A stretch of DNA of 64,000 bases from Candidatus Eiseniibacteriota bacterium. Lineage in GTDB: Bacteria; Eisenbacteria; RBG-16-71-46. The notes below the pieces were generated by a model that saw only the letters and a list, made by a program, of their open reading frames with translations, ran no database searches and was not told the origin of the DNA. Each line of letters starts with the position of its first letter. The stretch's first letter is position 1. The position numbers and the translations under genes are program-made. The stretch is from contig CAVQXP010000004.1 in the NCBI GenBank assembly GCA_963717935.1, positions 1,376,001-1,440,000 of the forward strand, read 5' to 3'. Below, piece after piece: positions 10,291 through 19,651 of this stretch.

Positions 10291-11180
10291 GAATCCTCAT
10301 CCTGGGTGGCACCGGCATGCTGGGTCACCGGCTGTGGATCGACCTGCAGGGAGAGCACGAGGTCTGGGTCACCGTCCGCGGGGACCGCGATCTCTTCCCG
10401 GACGTGCCGCAGTTCCCCGCCGGCCGGATCGTCCGCCGCGTGGACGGGCTGGCGTCCGATGACGTGATCCAGGCCCTGGCGGCGGTCCGCCCGGAGCTCG
10501 TGATCAACTGCATCGGGCTGATCAAGCAGATGGAGCACGCGGGCGACCCGCTCCCGGCGCTCTCGATGAACGCAGTCCTGCCGCACCGGATGGCGGCGAT
10601 CTGCCGCGCCGTCGGCGCCCGGTTCGTCCACATCAGCACCGACTGCGTCTTCTCCGGCCGCAAGGGCAGCTACTCGGAATCCGATCCCTCGGACGCGGAA
10701 GACGTCTACGGGCGGACGAAGTTCCTCGGGGAGGTCCCGGGACCGGGCGCCATCACCCTGCGCACGTCGATCATCGGGCAGGAGCTCAAGAACCGGCTCG
10801 GCCTGGTCGAGTGGTTCCTCGCGCAGACCGGCACGATCAAGGGCTACCGCCGGGCGATGTACTCCGGGTTCACCACCCGCGAGCTGGCGCGGGTCATCCT
10901 GCGGCACGTGATCCCGGCCCCGGGGCTGGAGGGGCTGTACCACGTCTCCAGCGGGCCGATCAGCAAGTACGACCTGCTCCGGCTGGTGAAGGAGGCGTAC
11001 GGAAGGGACGTCGAGATCCTCCCCGAGGACCAGTTCATCTGCGACCGCACGCTGGATTCGACGCGCTTCCGGAAGGCGACGGGGTACGTCCCGCCCGCCT
11101 GGGAGGAGATGATCCGGGAACTGGCGTCGGATGTGGCATTCTACGATCGGCTCCGCAAGCTGTCCCCGGCCACCCTGTGA
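10287..11180 (+). CDS. RmlD-like 4-keto-6-deoxy sugar reductase
   Basis: GGTGMLG, HISTDCVFSG, YGRTK, LRTSIIG; ATGA-coupled to the previous gene. Confidence 0.88.
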   Translation: MRILILGGTGMLGHRLWIDLQGEHEVWVTVRGDRDLFPDVPQFPAGRIVRRVDGLASDDVIQALAAVRPELVINCIGLIKQMEHAGDPLPALSMNAVLPHRMAAICRAVGARFVHISTDCVFSGRKGSYSESDPSDAEDVYGRTKFLGEVPGPGAITLRTSIIGQELKNRLGLVEWFLAQTGTIKGYRRAMYSGFTTRELARVILRHVIPAPGLEGLYHVSSGPISKYDLLRLVKEAYGRDVEILPEDQFICDRTLDSTRFRKATGYVPPAWEEMIRELASDVAFYDRLRKLSPATL

Positions 11181-11224
11181 GTCCCGTTGTCGAATCGTCT
11201 GGTGCTTCCGACACCTCATCGAGG

Positions 11225-12292
11225 ATGAAAGACATGCTAGAGAACAAGCGGGTCCTGATCACGGGGGGCACGGGCTCCTTGGGGAAAGTCCTGGTGCGCA
11301 GGCTGCTGTCGGGCGAGCTGGGGACCCCCCGCAAGCTCCTCGTCTTCTCGCGTGACGAGGGGAAGCAGCATGCCATGCGCGTGGAGTACATGCAGAAGAC
11401 CAGCGCGACCGATGAGGTGATCTACCAGAACTTCAAGGATCTGCTGGAATTCCGGATCGGCGATGTGCGCGACTTCCACAGCATCGCCTCCGCCCTCGGT
11501 GAGGTGGATGTCGTGTTCAGCGCTGCCGCGCTGAAGCAGGTCCCGACCTGCGAGTATTTCCCGTATCAGGCGGTGATGACGAACATCGGAGGGCCCGAGA
11601 ACATCGTGCGGGCGATCCAGGAGCTGCGCCTGCCGGTGGAGACGGTCGTCGGCATCTCGACGGACAAGGCCTGCAAGCCCGTCAACGTGATGGGGATGAC
11701 CAAGGCCATCCAGGAGCGGGTGTTCATCCAGGCCAACATGCGGTGCTCGGACACGCGCTTCATCTGCGTCCGCTACGGGAATGTCCTGGCGTCGCGCGGG
11801 TCCGTCATCCCGTTGTTCCACGAGCAGATCCGGAACGGCGGGCCCGTGACGATCACGACGACGGACATGACTCGCTTCCTGCTGAGCCTGGATCAGGCGG
11901 TCGACACCGTCTTCGCCGCGATCCGCGAGGCCCGACGGGGTGAGACGTACATCCCCCGCGTGCCCTCGGCCAATGTCACCGACATCGTCGAGGTGCTGAT
12001 CGGCGACCGGCCGATCCAGACCGTCGTCACCGGCATCCGTCCGGGCGAGAAGGTCCACGAGATCCTCGTCTCGGAGGAGGAGTGCCATCGTACGGTGGAT
12101 CGGGGTAGCTACTATTCCATCCTGCCCATGTTGCCGGAGATCCAGAGCGAGAAGGAGTTCAAGCCTGCGCTCTGCGGGGAGTACAGCTCTGCCGGGAGCG
12201 TGATGGACCAGAAAACCCTGGCGGAACTGCTCCGGAAGCATCGACTGAGGGTCGAGGATCAACTGATCATCGAAGGAGAGCTCCTGCGATGA
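11225..12292 (+). CDS. fnlA: UDP-GlcNAc 4,6-dehydratase/epimerase (FnlA/WbjB/CapE family)
   Basis: TGGTGSLG, SRDEGKQ, AALKQVPTCE, STDKACKPVNVMGMTK, RYGNVLASRGSVIP, GIRPGEKVHE. Confidence 0.9.
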   Translation: MKDMLENKRVLITGGTGSLGKVLVRRLLSGELGTPRKLLVFSRDEGKQHAMRVEYMQKTSATDEVIYQNFKDLLEFRIGDVRDFHSIASALGEVDVVFSAAALKQVPTCEYFPYQAVMTNIGGPENIVRAIQELRLPVETVVGISTDKACKPVNVMGMTKAIQERVFIQANMRCSDTRFICVRYGNVLASRGSVIPLFHEQIRNGGPVTITTTDMTRFLLSLDQAVDTVFAAIREARRGETYIPRVPSANVTDIVEVLIGDRPIQTVVTGIRPGEKVHEILVSEEECHRTVDRGSYYSILPMLPEIQSEKEFKPALCGEYSSAGSVMDQKTLAELLRKHRLRVEDQLIIEGELLR

Positions 12293-13377
12293 AGGTTCTG
12301 ACGCTTCTGGGCACCCGCCCGGAGATCATCCGTCTGAGCCGGGTGATCGAGGGTCTGGACCGGCTGTGCCAGCATGTGCTGGTCCACACAGGCCAGAACT
12401 TCGACCCGAACCTGAGCGACATCTTCTTCGAGCAGTTGCGCCTGCGCCGGCCGGACCACCATCTCGGGGTGACCGGCGAGACGTTCGGTCAACAGATCGG
12501 CCGGATCCTGGTCGCGGTGGATGGTGTGCTCCGTGAGGAACGTCCGGATGCCCTGTTGATCCTCGGGGACACGAACACCGGGTTGTGCAGCATCCTCGGG
12601 AAACGGATGGGCATCCCCGTGTATCACATGGAGGCGGGGAACCGCTGCTATGACGACCGCGTGCCGGAGGAGGTCAATCGACGCGTGATCGACCATTCGA
12701 GCACGATCCTGATGCCCTATACGCAGCGCAGCAAGGAGAACCTGCTCCGGGAGGGCATCGACGCCCACCGCATCTACGTGACCGGCAATCCGATCAACGA
12801 GGTCATCCAGCACTACGATGCGGAGATCCGCGCCTCGCAGGTGCATGCGCAACTCGGCGTGGAGCCGGGCCGTTTCGTCCTGGTCACGATGCACCGCGCC
12901 GAGAATGTCGATGTCGATTCCCGCCTCAAGAACCTCGCCCTGGCGCTGGACCAGGTGCAGCGGAAGTACGACTGTCCGGTGGTCTGCAGCCTGCACCCGC
13001 GGACGAAGCACAAGATGCAGCAGTACGGGGTGGGGGTCGACAACGACCGGGTCCGCTTCACCACGCCCCTGGGGTTCTTCGATTTCGTGGCGTTGGAGCG
13101 CACGGCGCTCTGCGCGCTCTCCGACAGCGGGACGGTCCAGGAGGAGTGCTGCATCTTCCACGTTCCCACCGTGACGATCCGCGACGTCACCGAGCGGCCG
13201 GAGACCATCGAGTGCGGGAGCAACATGCTCTCCGGCTGCGAGCCGGCAGTGATCCTGCGCTGCATGGAGACGGTGCTGTCGCAGCCACCGTCGTGGGCGC
13301 CGCCGGTCGAGTACCTGGCGAAGGCCGTGTCGGCGACGGTGGTGAAGATCGTACTCGGCGGGGGGACGGTCGTGTAA
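12289..13377 (+). CDS. Non-hydrolysing UDP-HexNAc 2-epimerase (FnlC/WbjD type)
   Basis: GTRPEIIRLS, HTGQNFD, LGDTN, HMEAGNRC, PEEVNR, HRAENVD, SDSGTVQEE, TERPE. Confidence 0.92.
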   Translation: MKVLTLLGTRPEIIRLSRVIEGLDRLCQHVLVHTGQNFDPNLSDIFFEQLRLRRPDHHLGVTGETFGQQIGRILVAVDGVLREERPDALLILGDTNTGLCSILGKRMGIPVYHMEAGNRCYDDRVPEEVNRRVIDHSSTILMPYTQRSKENLLREGIDAHRIYVTGNPINEVIQHYDAEIRASQVHAQLGVEPGRFVLVTMHRAENVDVDSRLKNLALALDQVQRKYDCPVVCSLHPRTKHKMQQYGVGVDNDRVRFTTPLGFFDFVALERTALCALSDSGTVQEECCIFHVPTVTIRDVTERPETIECGSNMLSGCEPAVILRCMETVLSQPPSWAPPVEYLAKAVSATVVKIVLGGGTVV

Positions 13378-13620
13378 GGATCGTGGCCCTGGCCGCCGCG
13401 GGGTCGGCCTCCCCAACGGCCTTGCAGCGACCGCGAAAGTCGCGGCGCCACGGGATTGCGCGGTGGCTCCCGTCGTCGTCTCGCCATTCCCGCAAGGAAG
13501 GCGGTTCCGCCGCTGCCGCTCTCGGCCTTCCTCCCGGTCTACGACGAGCGGCCCCCTCGAAGCCTTCCTCGCGCCGCTGCGGTGGCACTTCACGGAGTGA
13601 CGTTCCAGGACGACCGCCGT

Positions 13621-15063
13621 TTACTGGGAGGATGTGCGACCGCGGGCGGCTGCCGGTGCGGTGAGCAGGCGATGGGCAGCGACCATCAGGGCGAACATCA
13701 TCCAGACCTGGAACGCGTAGTTGATGTTGCGCAAGTACTCGACCTTGATTTCGTCCACGAGGAAGATGAGCATCTGCACGCGGGCGATGATCATGTAACT
13801 GCGCAAGAAGTCCGGGTGCCGCAGGTCGTCCGTCGTCGGCCGGGTGATCCGGAACAGGGTCCACAGCAGCCACGCGAAGATGGCAAATCCGATGAAGCCC
13901 ACGTTGTTCGCGAGATAGAGCGGAAGCGAGTGCGGCCAGTGGTAGACTTGGGTGCCGCTGAGTGGCGAGTAATAGGGCCCGTGTCCCAGGAGCGGATGCT
14001 CGAAGATGCGGTCCCAGGCTCGCGGCCACACCACCGAGCGGTTGTCGGGCACGAAACCGACGACGGTCGAGCCGGCGAGACGCTCGAACAGGTCCCCCGT
14101 GCGCGTGTAGGTTGCGACGAACCAGTTCATGCCGATCAGTCCCGCGGCCACCACCCCGGTCGTGACGGTCACCCCGACCATGGTGAGGCGACGCCGTACC
14201 AGCCACAAGAGGTAAAGGATTCCGATTCCGAGCGCGATGACCCCACCCCGGGTGACCGTCGCGAACATGACGAACACGACCAGCGCCAGCAGGCCGCCGT
14301 ACGCGGTGCGGAGCAGGATCGACTCCGCACGCAGAAGCAGGAACAGGATGAGCGGTACATAGATGGCGCAATACTCGCAGAGCAACTCGTAGTCATAGAA
14401 GGTGGAACCGACGCGGATGCCGAAGGCGGACGCGCCCGGGCTCGAGAGTCTCTCGAACTCGATCCAGCCGGAGATGAATGTCTGGCCCGGATGGGTCATC
14501 TCGAAGATGGCGACGAGGCAGACAAGCAGCACCGAGATGGTCTGGAAGCCGAGCAGGCTCTCGAAGTCCCGCCGGGTCTCCGGAATGCTCGCGACCAGGT
14601 AGAACATGAGCCAGGTGACCGCCATCATCAGGAAGTTCCCGATGCCCTGAAACAGGCCCGCGCCGTCGAGGTTGTAGAAGGAGACGACGTAGGAGATGAA
14701 CAGCATGACCAGCGGGGTGTCGATCGGCGAGCGCTGCGGCGGGGCGCTCTGCCGCAGCGAGACCCGCAGTAGCCAGATCACCAACATCAGCGCGACCAAG
14801 TACACATTCGTGTTGCCGAAGGTGGTGGTGCGCGGGAAGGGTAGGGCGACGGCCATGATGCCCAGCCCGGAGGTCGTGTTGAGGCGCCAGGCCAGGCCGA
14901 ACATCAGGAAGGCCGTGAGCACCGAGAGCACGCGCTTGTTGGGCATGATGTACTGGAGGCCCAGCACCGCGCCGGTGCTGGCCATGAGGAGAACCACGCC
15001 GACACGGTCGAGCAGCCCGGCCCGCGGGCTGGGTGACCGCGCTGGGCGGGGCGCGACGCTCAT
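13621..15063 (-). CDS. O-antigen ligase/Wzy_C-family membrane protein
   Basis: Multi-TM protein with TVTRGG, R..VW..AW..I..HPLLGHG and PHSL motifs. Start MSVAPR overlaps the upstream stop. Confidence 0.82.
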   Translation of the reverse strand: MSVAPRPARSPSPRAGLLDRVGVVLLMASTGAVLGLQYIMPNKRVLSVLTAFLMFGLAWRLNTTSGLGIMAVALPFPRTTTFGNTNVYLVALMLVIWLLRVSLRQSAPPQRSPIDTPLVMLFISYVVSFYNLDGAGLFQGIGNFLMMAVTWLMFYLVASIPETRRDFESLLGFQTISVLLVCLVAIFEMTHPGQTFISGWIEFERLSSPGASAFGIRVGSTFYDYELLCEYCAIYVPLILFLLLRAESILLRTAYGGLLALVVFVMFATVTRGGVIALGIGILYLLWLVRRRLTMVGVTVTTGVVAAGLIGMNWFVATYTRTGDLFERLAGSTVVGFVPDNRSVVWPRAWDRIFEHPLLGHGPYYSPLSGTQVYHWPHSLPLYLANNVGFIGFAIFAWLLWTLFRITRPTTDDLRHPDFLRSYMIIARVQMLIFLVDEIKVEYLRNINYAFQVWMMFALMVAAHRLLTAPAAARGRTSSQ

Positions 15064-15734
15064 GCCCGCTCGAAGCGCTTGCGCAGCAGGAAGACGAGGT
15101 TGCCCCAGCCGTCGCGCCACCGCTGCAGCTTGACCTCGCCGGCGCGGACTCCGTAGGGGATGTGCTCCTCGCCGAAGCGCAGACCGCGGAGCAGGGCCTC
15201 GAGCTTGATCTCCTCGCTGAAGGCCATGCCGTCGGAGGTCAGGTGCAGGCGTTCGCGCGCGGAGCGCCGGAACACCCACATGCCGGACTGGCTGTCGCGA
15301 ATGGGCCTCGAGAACAGCAGCGCCGCGGCGATCGTGAGCACGCCGTTGCCGATGCGGTTGGTGAGGCCCATGGCGCGCCCGTCGGCCAGCGGGAAACGGC
15401 TGGTCGAGAGGAAGTCGAGACGCCGCGCGATCAGGGCGTCCACGAGCCTGGGGATCTCCTCGGGGGGGTACGTTCCGTCGCCGTCCATCGTCACCACGAT
15501 GTCGCTCTGGACCGCCCGCAGACCGGCCTTGTAGGCCGCCCCGTAACCGGACGTCTTCTCGGGCACGACACGGGCCCCCAGGGAGGTGGCCACTTCGGCG
15601 GTGCGGTCGGTGCAGTTGTTGTCGACCACCACGATCTCGTCCACCGCCCGCGGCATCCGACGGATGACCTCCCGGACGCCCTCCTCCTCGTTGTAGCAGG
15701 GGATGACGACCCCGATCGTGAGGTTGGAGTGCAT
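15060..15734 (-). CDS. DPM1-like GT2 glycosyltransferase
   Basis: VVIPCYNEE, VVDNNCTD, GYGAA, MDGDGTY, DSQSG, GEVKL..WRDG. Confidence 0.9.
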   Translation of the reverse strand: MHSNLTIGVVIPCYNEEEGVREVIRRMPRAVDEIVVVDNNCTDRTAEVATSLGARVVPEKTSGYGAAYKAGLRAVQSDIVVTMDGDGTYPPEEIPRLVDALIARRLDFLSTSRFPLADGRAMGLTNRIGNGVLTIAAALLFSRPIRDSQSGMWVFRRSARERLHLTSDGMAFSEEIKLEALLRGLRFGEEHIPYGVRAGEVKLQRWRDGWGNLVFLLRKRFERA

Positions 15735-15802
15735 GGGCAGGGTGAGAACCTTCCCGATTTGGAGGGCGGCATGGCAGCCGCGGGCGGGCAGACTCGGGCG
15801 GG

Positions 15803-15811
15803 AGTCTAGCA
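15803..15811 (-). promoter_or_regulatory. Extended -10-like element TGCTAGACT
   Basis: On the minus strand, about 70 bp upstream of start 15734. Confidence 0.45.
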
Positions 15812-16058
15812 GCGGCGCGCGTGGCCCGGCAAGGCTCGGAGGCCCCGCGGTCGCGGGGCCGGCCTTGGCCCGGCCCCGCGTGCGCCCGTATGATGGAGCA
15901 TCGTCTGCAGGCACCATTCTCCACGCCGCCTCGGAACGAGGCGGCGTCCCCTCGCTGGAGGCCGCGGTGGAAGATTCAGGACAGCGAGAGATTCTGGCTC
16001 GAACGCAGGGGCGTCGTCGCCGTGGACCGGAAGCGGAGCCGCCCGGCGTGAGTCCCGC

Positions 16059-16778
16059 GTGACGATCGACCCCCGGAAGGTCGCGGTCGTGGTGCCGGCC
16101 TGGAACGAGGCCGGCAAGATCGGCGATGTGGTGCGCAAGGTGCCGCGCCGGCTGGTCTCGTGCGTGATCGTGGTGGACGACTGCTCGAGTGACGGGACCG
16201 CGGACGAGGCGCGGGCGGCGGGGGCGGAGCGGGTCGTCCGGCACGAGCGGAACCGCGGCGTGGGCGCCGCGATCCGCACCGGCCTCATGGAGGCGAAGCA
16301 GGCAGGCTACGAGTTCGCGGCCATCCTCTCGGGGGACGACCAGCACGAGCCGGAGGAGCTGCCGCGCGTGCTCGAACCGCTCTTCGCCGGCGAGGCCGAC
16401 CTGGTGCAGGGCTCCCGCTGGCTGCCCGGCGGGGCCACCCCGGGCATCCCGCCTGCGCGCCGCTGGCTCACGCGCATCTATCCGGTGCTCTTCCGGCTGG
16501 CCAGCGGCGCCCCGTGCACCGACGGCACCAACGGCCTGCGCGCCTTCCGCCTCTCGCTGCTCGACGACCCGTGCATCCGGCTCGAGCAGGACTGGCTCGA
16601 CCGCTACGAGCTCGAGCCCTACCTGCTCTACCAGACCCTGCGCTGCGGCCACCGCGTGCGGGAGGTCCCCATCACGGTGCGTTACCATGGACGCGGCACC
16701 AGCAAGATGCACCTGCTGCGCGACGGCTGGCGCATCCTGCGACCGATCGTCTACCTGCGGCTCGGTCTCAAGCACTGA
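16059..16778 (+). CDS. DPM1-like GT2 glycosyltransferase
   Basis: VVPAWNE, VDDCSSDGT, NRGVGAA, SGDDQH, QGSR, TDGTNG. Confidence 0.9.
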   Translation: MTIDPRKVAVVVPAWNEAGKIGDVVRKVPRRLVSCVIVVDDCSSDGTADEARAAGAERVVRHERNRGVGAAIRTGLMEAKQAGYEFAAILSGDDQHEPEELPRVLEPLFAGEADLVQGSRWLPGGATPGIPPARRWLTRIYPVLFRLASGAPCTDGTNGLRAFRLSLLDDPCIRLEQDWLDRYELEPYLLYQTLRCGHRVREVPITVRYHGRGTSKMHLLRDGWRILRPIVYLRLGLKH

Positions 16779-16797
16779 TCCCACCCGGAGGATTCAG

Positions 16798-17805
16798 ATG
16801 ACGTCGAATCGACCTGAGGAGAAGGGTCCAGCCGCAAGCGGAGTCCACACGCTGGCGGGTCGCCGCGTGCTGGTCACGGGCGGAGCGGGTTTCGTGGGCT
16901 GCAACCTGGTGCGCCGCCTGCTGCGCGAGGGGGCCCGGGTCACGGTCCTGGACGACCTCTTCACCGGGCGCCGCGAGAACCTGCCCGAATCGGGCTTCGA
17001 GTTCGTGCACGGCTCGGTCTGCGATTCGCCGGCGGTGGAGCGGCTGGTGGGGCTGAGCGAGGTCATCATCCACGCCGCCGCGCGCAACATCGTGGTGTCC
17101 ACGCGCGACCCTCGCGAGGACTACGAGACCAACATCGGCGGCACGCTCAACGTGCTGCTGGCCGCGCGCGCCGCGGGCGGCCGGCGGATCGTCTACACGT
17201 CTTCCACCTCGGTCTACGGCAACCCCCGCTACATGCCGGTCAACGAGGACGACCACCTCTCCCTGCTCACGCCCTACGCCGTCTCGAAGCTCGCGGGCGA
17301 GAACTACTGCATGGCGTTCTACGAGTCCTACGGGTTGACGACGACTGCCGTGCGCTACTCGAACATCTTCGGTCCGGGGCAGGACCCGGCGAACCCCTAT
17401 TGCGGCGTGGTCGCCAAGTTCGCCGAGGCGTTGTTCGCGGGGAAGCCGCCCGTCATCCACGGCGACGGCAACCAGACGCGCGACTTCACCTTCATCGACG
17501 ACGCGGTCGAGGCGACCCTGTTGGCCGCGACCTCGGAGCGGGCCATCGGCGAGGTCTTCAACGTGGGCACGGGTGTCGAGACCCGCGTGAACCAGCTCGC
17601 GGAGATCCTCATCCGCACGATCGGGGTGGACGCCGTGCCGGTGCACAACGACCGGCGTGACGTGGACAACATCCGCCGGCGCGTCGTCAGCATCGAGAAG
17701 GCCCGGCGCGCGCTGCGCTGGGTGCCGGAAGTGACGCTGGAGGAGGGCCTGCGGCGCACGGTGGAGTGGCAGCGCGGAGTGCAGGAGCGGGGCGTTGCGC
17801 GTTGA
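16798..17805 (+). CDS. NAD-dependent epimerase/dehydratase
   Basis: TGGAGFVG, YAVSK, RYSNIFGP, GDGNQTRDF; GGAGG RBS before ATG 16798. Confidence 0.9.
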   Translation: MTSNRPEEKGPAASGVHTLAGRRVLVTGGAGFVGCNLVRRLLREGARVTVLDDLFTGRRENLPESGFEFVHGSVCDSPAVERLVGLSEVIIHAAARNIVVSTRDPREDYETNIGGTLNVLLAARAAGGRRIVYTSSTSVYGNPRYMPVNEDDHLSLLTPYAVSKLAGENYCMAFYESYGLTTTAVRYSNIFGPGQDPANPYCGVVAKFAEALFAGKPPVIHGDGNQTRDFTFIDDAVEATLLAATSERAIGEVFNVGTGVETRVNQLAEILIRTIGVDAVPVHNDRRDVDNIRRRVVSIEKARRALRWVPEVTLEEGLRRTVEWQRGVQERGVAR

Positions 17806-18275
17806 ACCAGGGCGGCCGGCGGCGGCCACCCGTGGCCTCCGCCGGGTCCCGGTGACCCGGTCGGGCACCGTTTGCGACCGCCCGGTCTGCACCGGTGGCG
17901 GGATCTGGACAGCCTGTCCCGGTCGCCGGGGCGGGCCCGAGCGGGCCCGCCTGGCGGTGGGGCCGGGTGGAGGCGGGTGGTCCGGGCGCCGGGAACTCGT
18001 GGCCGACCCAAGGTTTGCCTTGCGCCTGCCGTCAGCGATTTGATAACATTCTTGCGTTGTGAGGGCCCCGTCGAGTTCCCAGTGGAGGAGGCGCTAGCGC
18101 TCCGTTGCTACAGCGGTTCGCCGTAGGATCGGCCAACACGTTGGTCGCCCGAACGACCTGGCCACCTACCGAGCCCAGGATATGCTTCCGAGGATCGACA
18201 ACTTGCGGTTTCCCCCCCTGTTGCTCGTGGTCGGTCAGACCGGGTCCGAGTGCGATTGCATTAGGCGAGAGCTTT

Positions 18276-18305
18276 GAGCCGAGGGTTTCTCCACACCCTC
18301 GGCTC
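18276..18305 (+). promoter_or_regulatory. Leader hairpin with an 11-bp perfect stem
   Basis: GAGCCGAGGGT-ttctccac-ACCCTCGGCTC, about 37 bp upstream of the sugar transferase start. Confidence 0.5.
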
Positions 18306-18341
18306 TTGCTTCGCGGGCAACGCAACAGAGAGCAAGCATCT

Positions 18342-19262
18342 ATGGAGCCCAACATCCTCGCCTCCACGCACAAGAGCGCGGCTCCGGGCGCCGACGGCTG
18401 GCCCCCCCAGCTGGGTGAGTCCGCGCGGGTATCCCCCCGGGACGGGACGGCGGCCGTTTCGAGGCCCGTGGTTGCGACCGGCACACACGCGATGGCAGGC
18501 CTCAGCGGCGCGGCCGCGGCCGTCCGTAACGGCGGGAACGGCCCCGTGAGAGCGAACGGAAACGGCAACGGCAACGCCGGCTGGCCCGAGTTGGTCCTGC
18601 TCCCGGGCGGCGCGCTCGCCCGGGCCCTCCCGGCCTACGAAGCACCGGCCGAGACCGGCCTGTACCTGTGCTTCGGCAAGCGCTTGCTCGACCTCCTGGG
18701 TGCGTCGCTCGGCCTCCTCCTCAGCTCGCCGTTGCTGTTGATCGCCGCGATCCTCATCAAGCTCGAATCTCGCGGGCCCGTGATCTACAAGTCCGTCCGC
18801 GTCGGCCGCGGCGCGCGGCCCTTCACCTTCTTGAAGCTGCGCTCGATGGTGGACGGAGCGGACCAGCACCGGCACAAGCTCTCCCACCTGAACGAGACCG
18901 ACGGTCCGGTCTTCAAGATCGCGGCCGACCCCCGCATGACACGCGTCGGCCGGCTGCTGCGCGTGACCAGCATCGACGAGATCCCACAGCTCTGGAACGT
19001 GCTCCGGGGTGAGATGAGCCTCGTCGGGCCGCGCCCGCCCATCGCCGAGGAGGTCGTGCAGTACGAGCCCTGGCAGCTGCGTCGGCTGGACGTGGTGCCG
19101 GGCATCACGTGCCTCTGGCAGATCAGCGGCCGCAGCCGCATCGGTTTCCAGGAGTGGATGCGGCTCGATCTGGAGTACATCCGGCACCGCTCGTTCTGGC
19201 TCGACCTGAAGATCCTGATTCGGACGATCCCCGCGGTGCTGTCCCGCGAGGGCGCCTTCTGA
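18342..19262 (+). CDS. Priming polyprenyl-phosphate sugar transferase (Bac_transf domain)
   Basis: KRLLD, KLRSM, DPRMTRVG, SIDEIPQLWNVLRGEMSLVGPRP, PGITCLWQISGR, DLEYI. The start codon is uncertain. Confidence 0.92.
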   Translation: MEPNILASTHKSAAPGADGWPPQLGESARVSPRDGTAAVSRPVVATGTHAMAGLSGAAAAVRNGGNGPVRANGNGNGNAGWPELVLLPGGALARALPAYEAPAETGLYLCFGKRLLDLLGASLGLLLSSPLLLIAAILIKLESRGPVIYKSVRVGRGARPFTFLKLRSMVDGADQHRHKLSHLNETDGPVFKIAADPRMTRVGRLLRVTSIDEIPQLWNVLRGEMSLVGPRPPIAEEVVQYEPWQLRRLDVVPGITCLWQISGRSRIGFQEWMRLDLEYIRHRSFWLDLKILIRTIPAVLSREGAF

Positions 19263-19540
19263 TCCCGCCCGCCGGACCGGAGTAGCCGCCGAGGACCCGC
19301 CGCCGGCCGACCGGCCGTCGCGCCCCCGTCTCCGTACCCTGCCCGCGATCTCATCGCCAGCGTGCTCACCGTGGGTGCAGAATGGCCGATCTCCTAGTAG
19401 TATCAGGCTCCGCTCTTCGTGGACCGGTTCTGGCCAGGCTTCGTGGGACAGCCTCGGCATCTGGAGCGGGAGCTGGACGGGAGATGGATGGGCGCGCGCG
19501 GTGCGTGGATCGCACTCAGCCGCCCCACGATCCCCAACAG

Positions 19541-19651
19541 ATGGGCGCCTGCAACGGCAGGCGCTTCCTGGAGGCCATGGCGTGGGAGGACTCTGCGGTG
19601 GAGTCGCTCCGCGCCTACCGGACCCTGTGCGAGCCAAGACCGAACGCCTGA
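19541..19651 (+). pseudogene. C-terminal scar of a GT4 gene
   Basis: MGACNGRRFLEAMAWEDSAVESLRAYRTL resembles the terminal helices of GT4 enzymes and overlaps the next gene start. Confidence 0.5.

Noticed and set aside
13500..13560. LSAFLPVYDE as a GT2 start remnant
   Set aside because: Too short to separate from chance.
13621..15924. 767-aa ORF as a single protein
   Set aside because: The upstream part overlaps a GT2 gene in another frame; the real start is at 15063.
18530..18580. AACGGC-like tandem repeat
   Set aside because: It is an in-frame NGNGNG low-complexity linker, not a CRISPR or a convincing contingency repeat.
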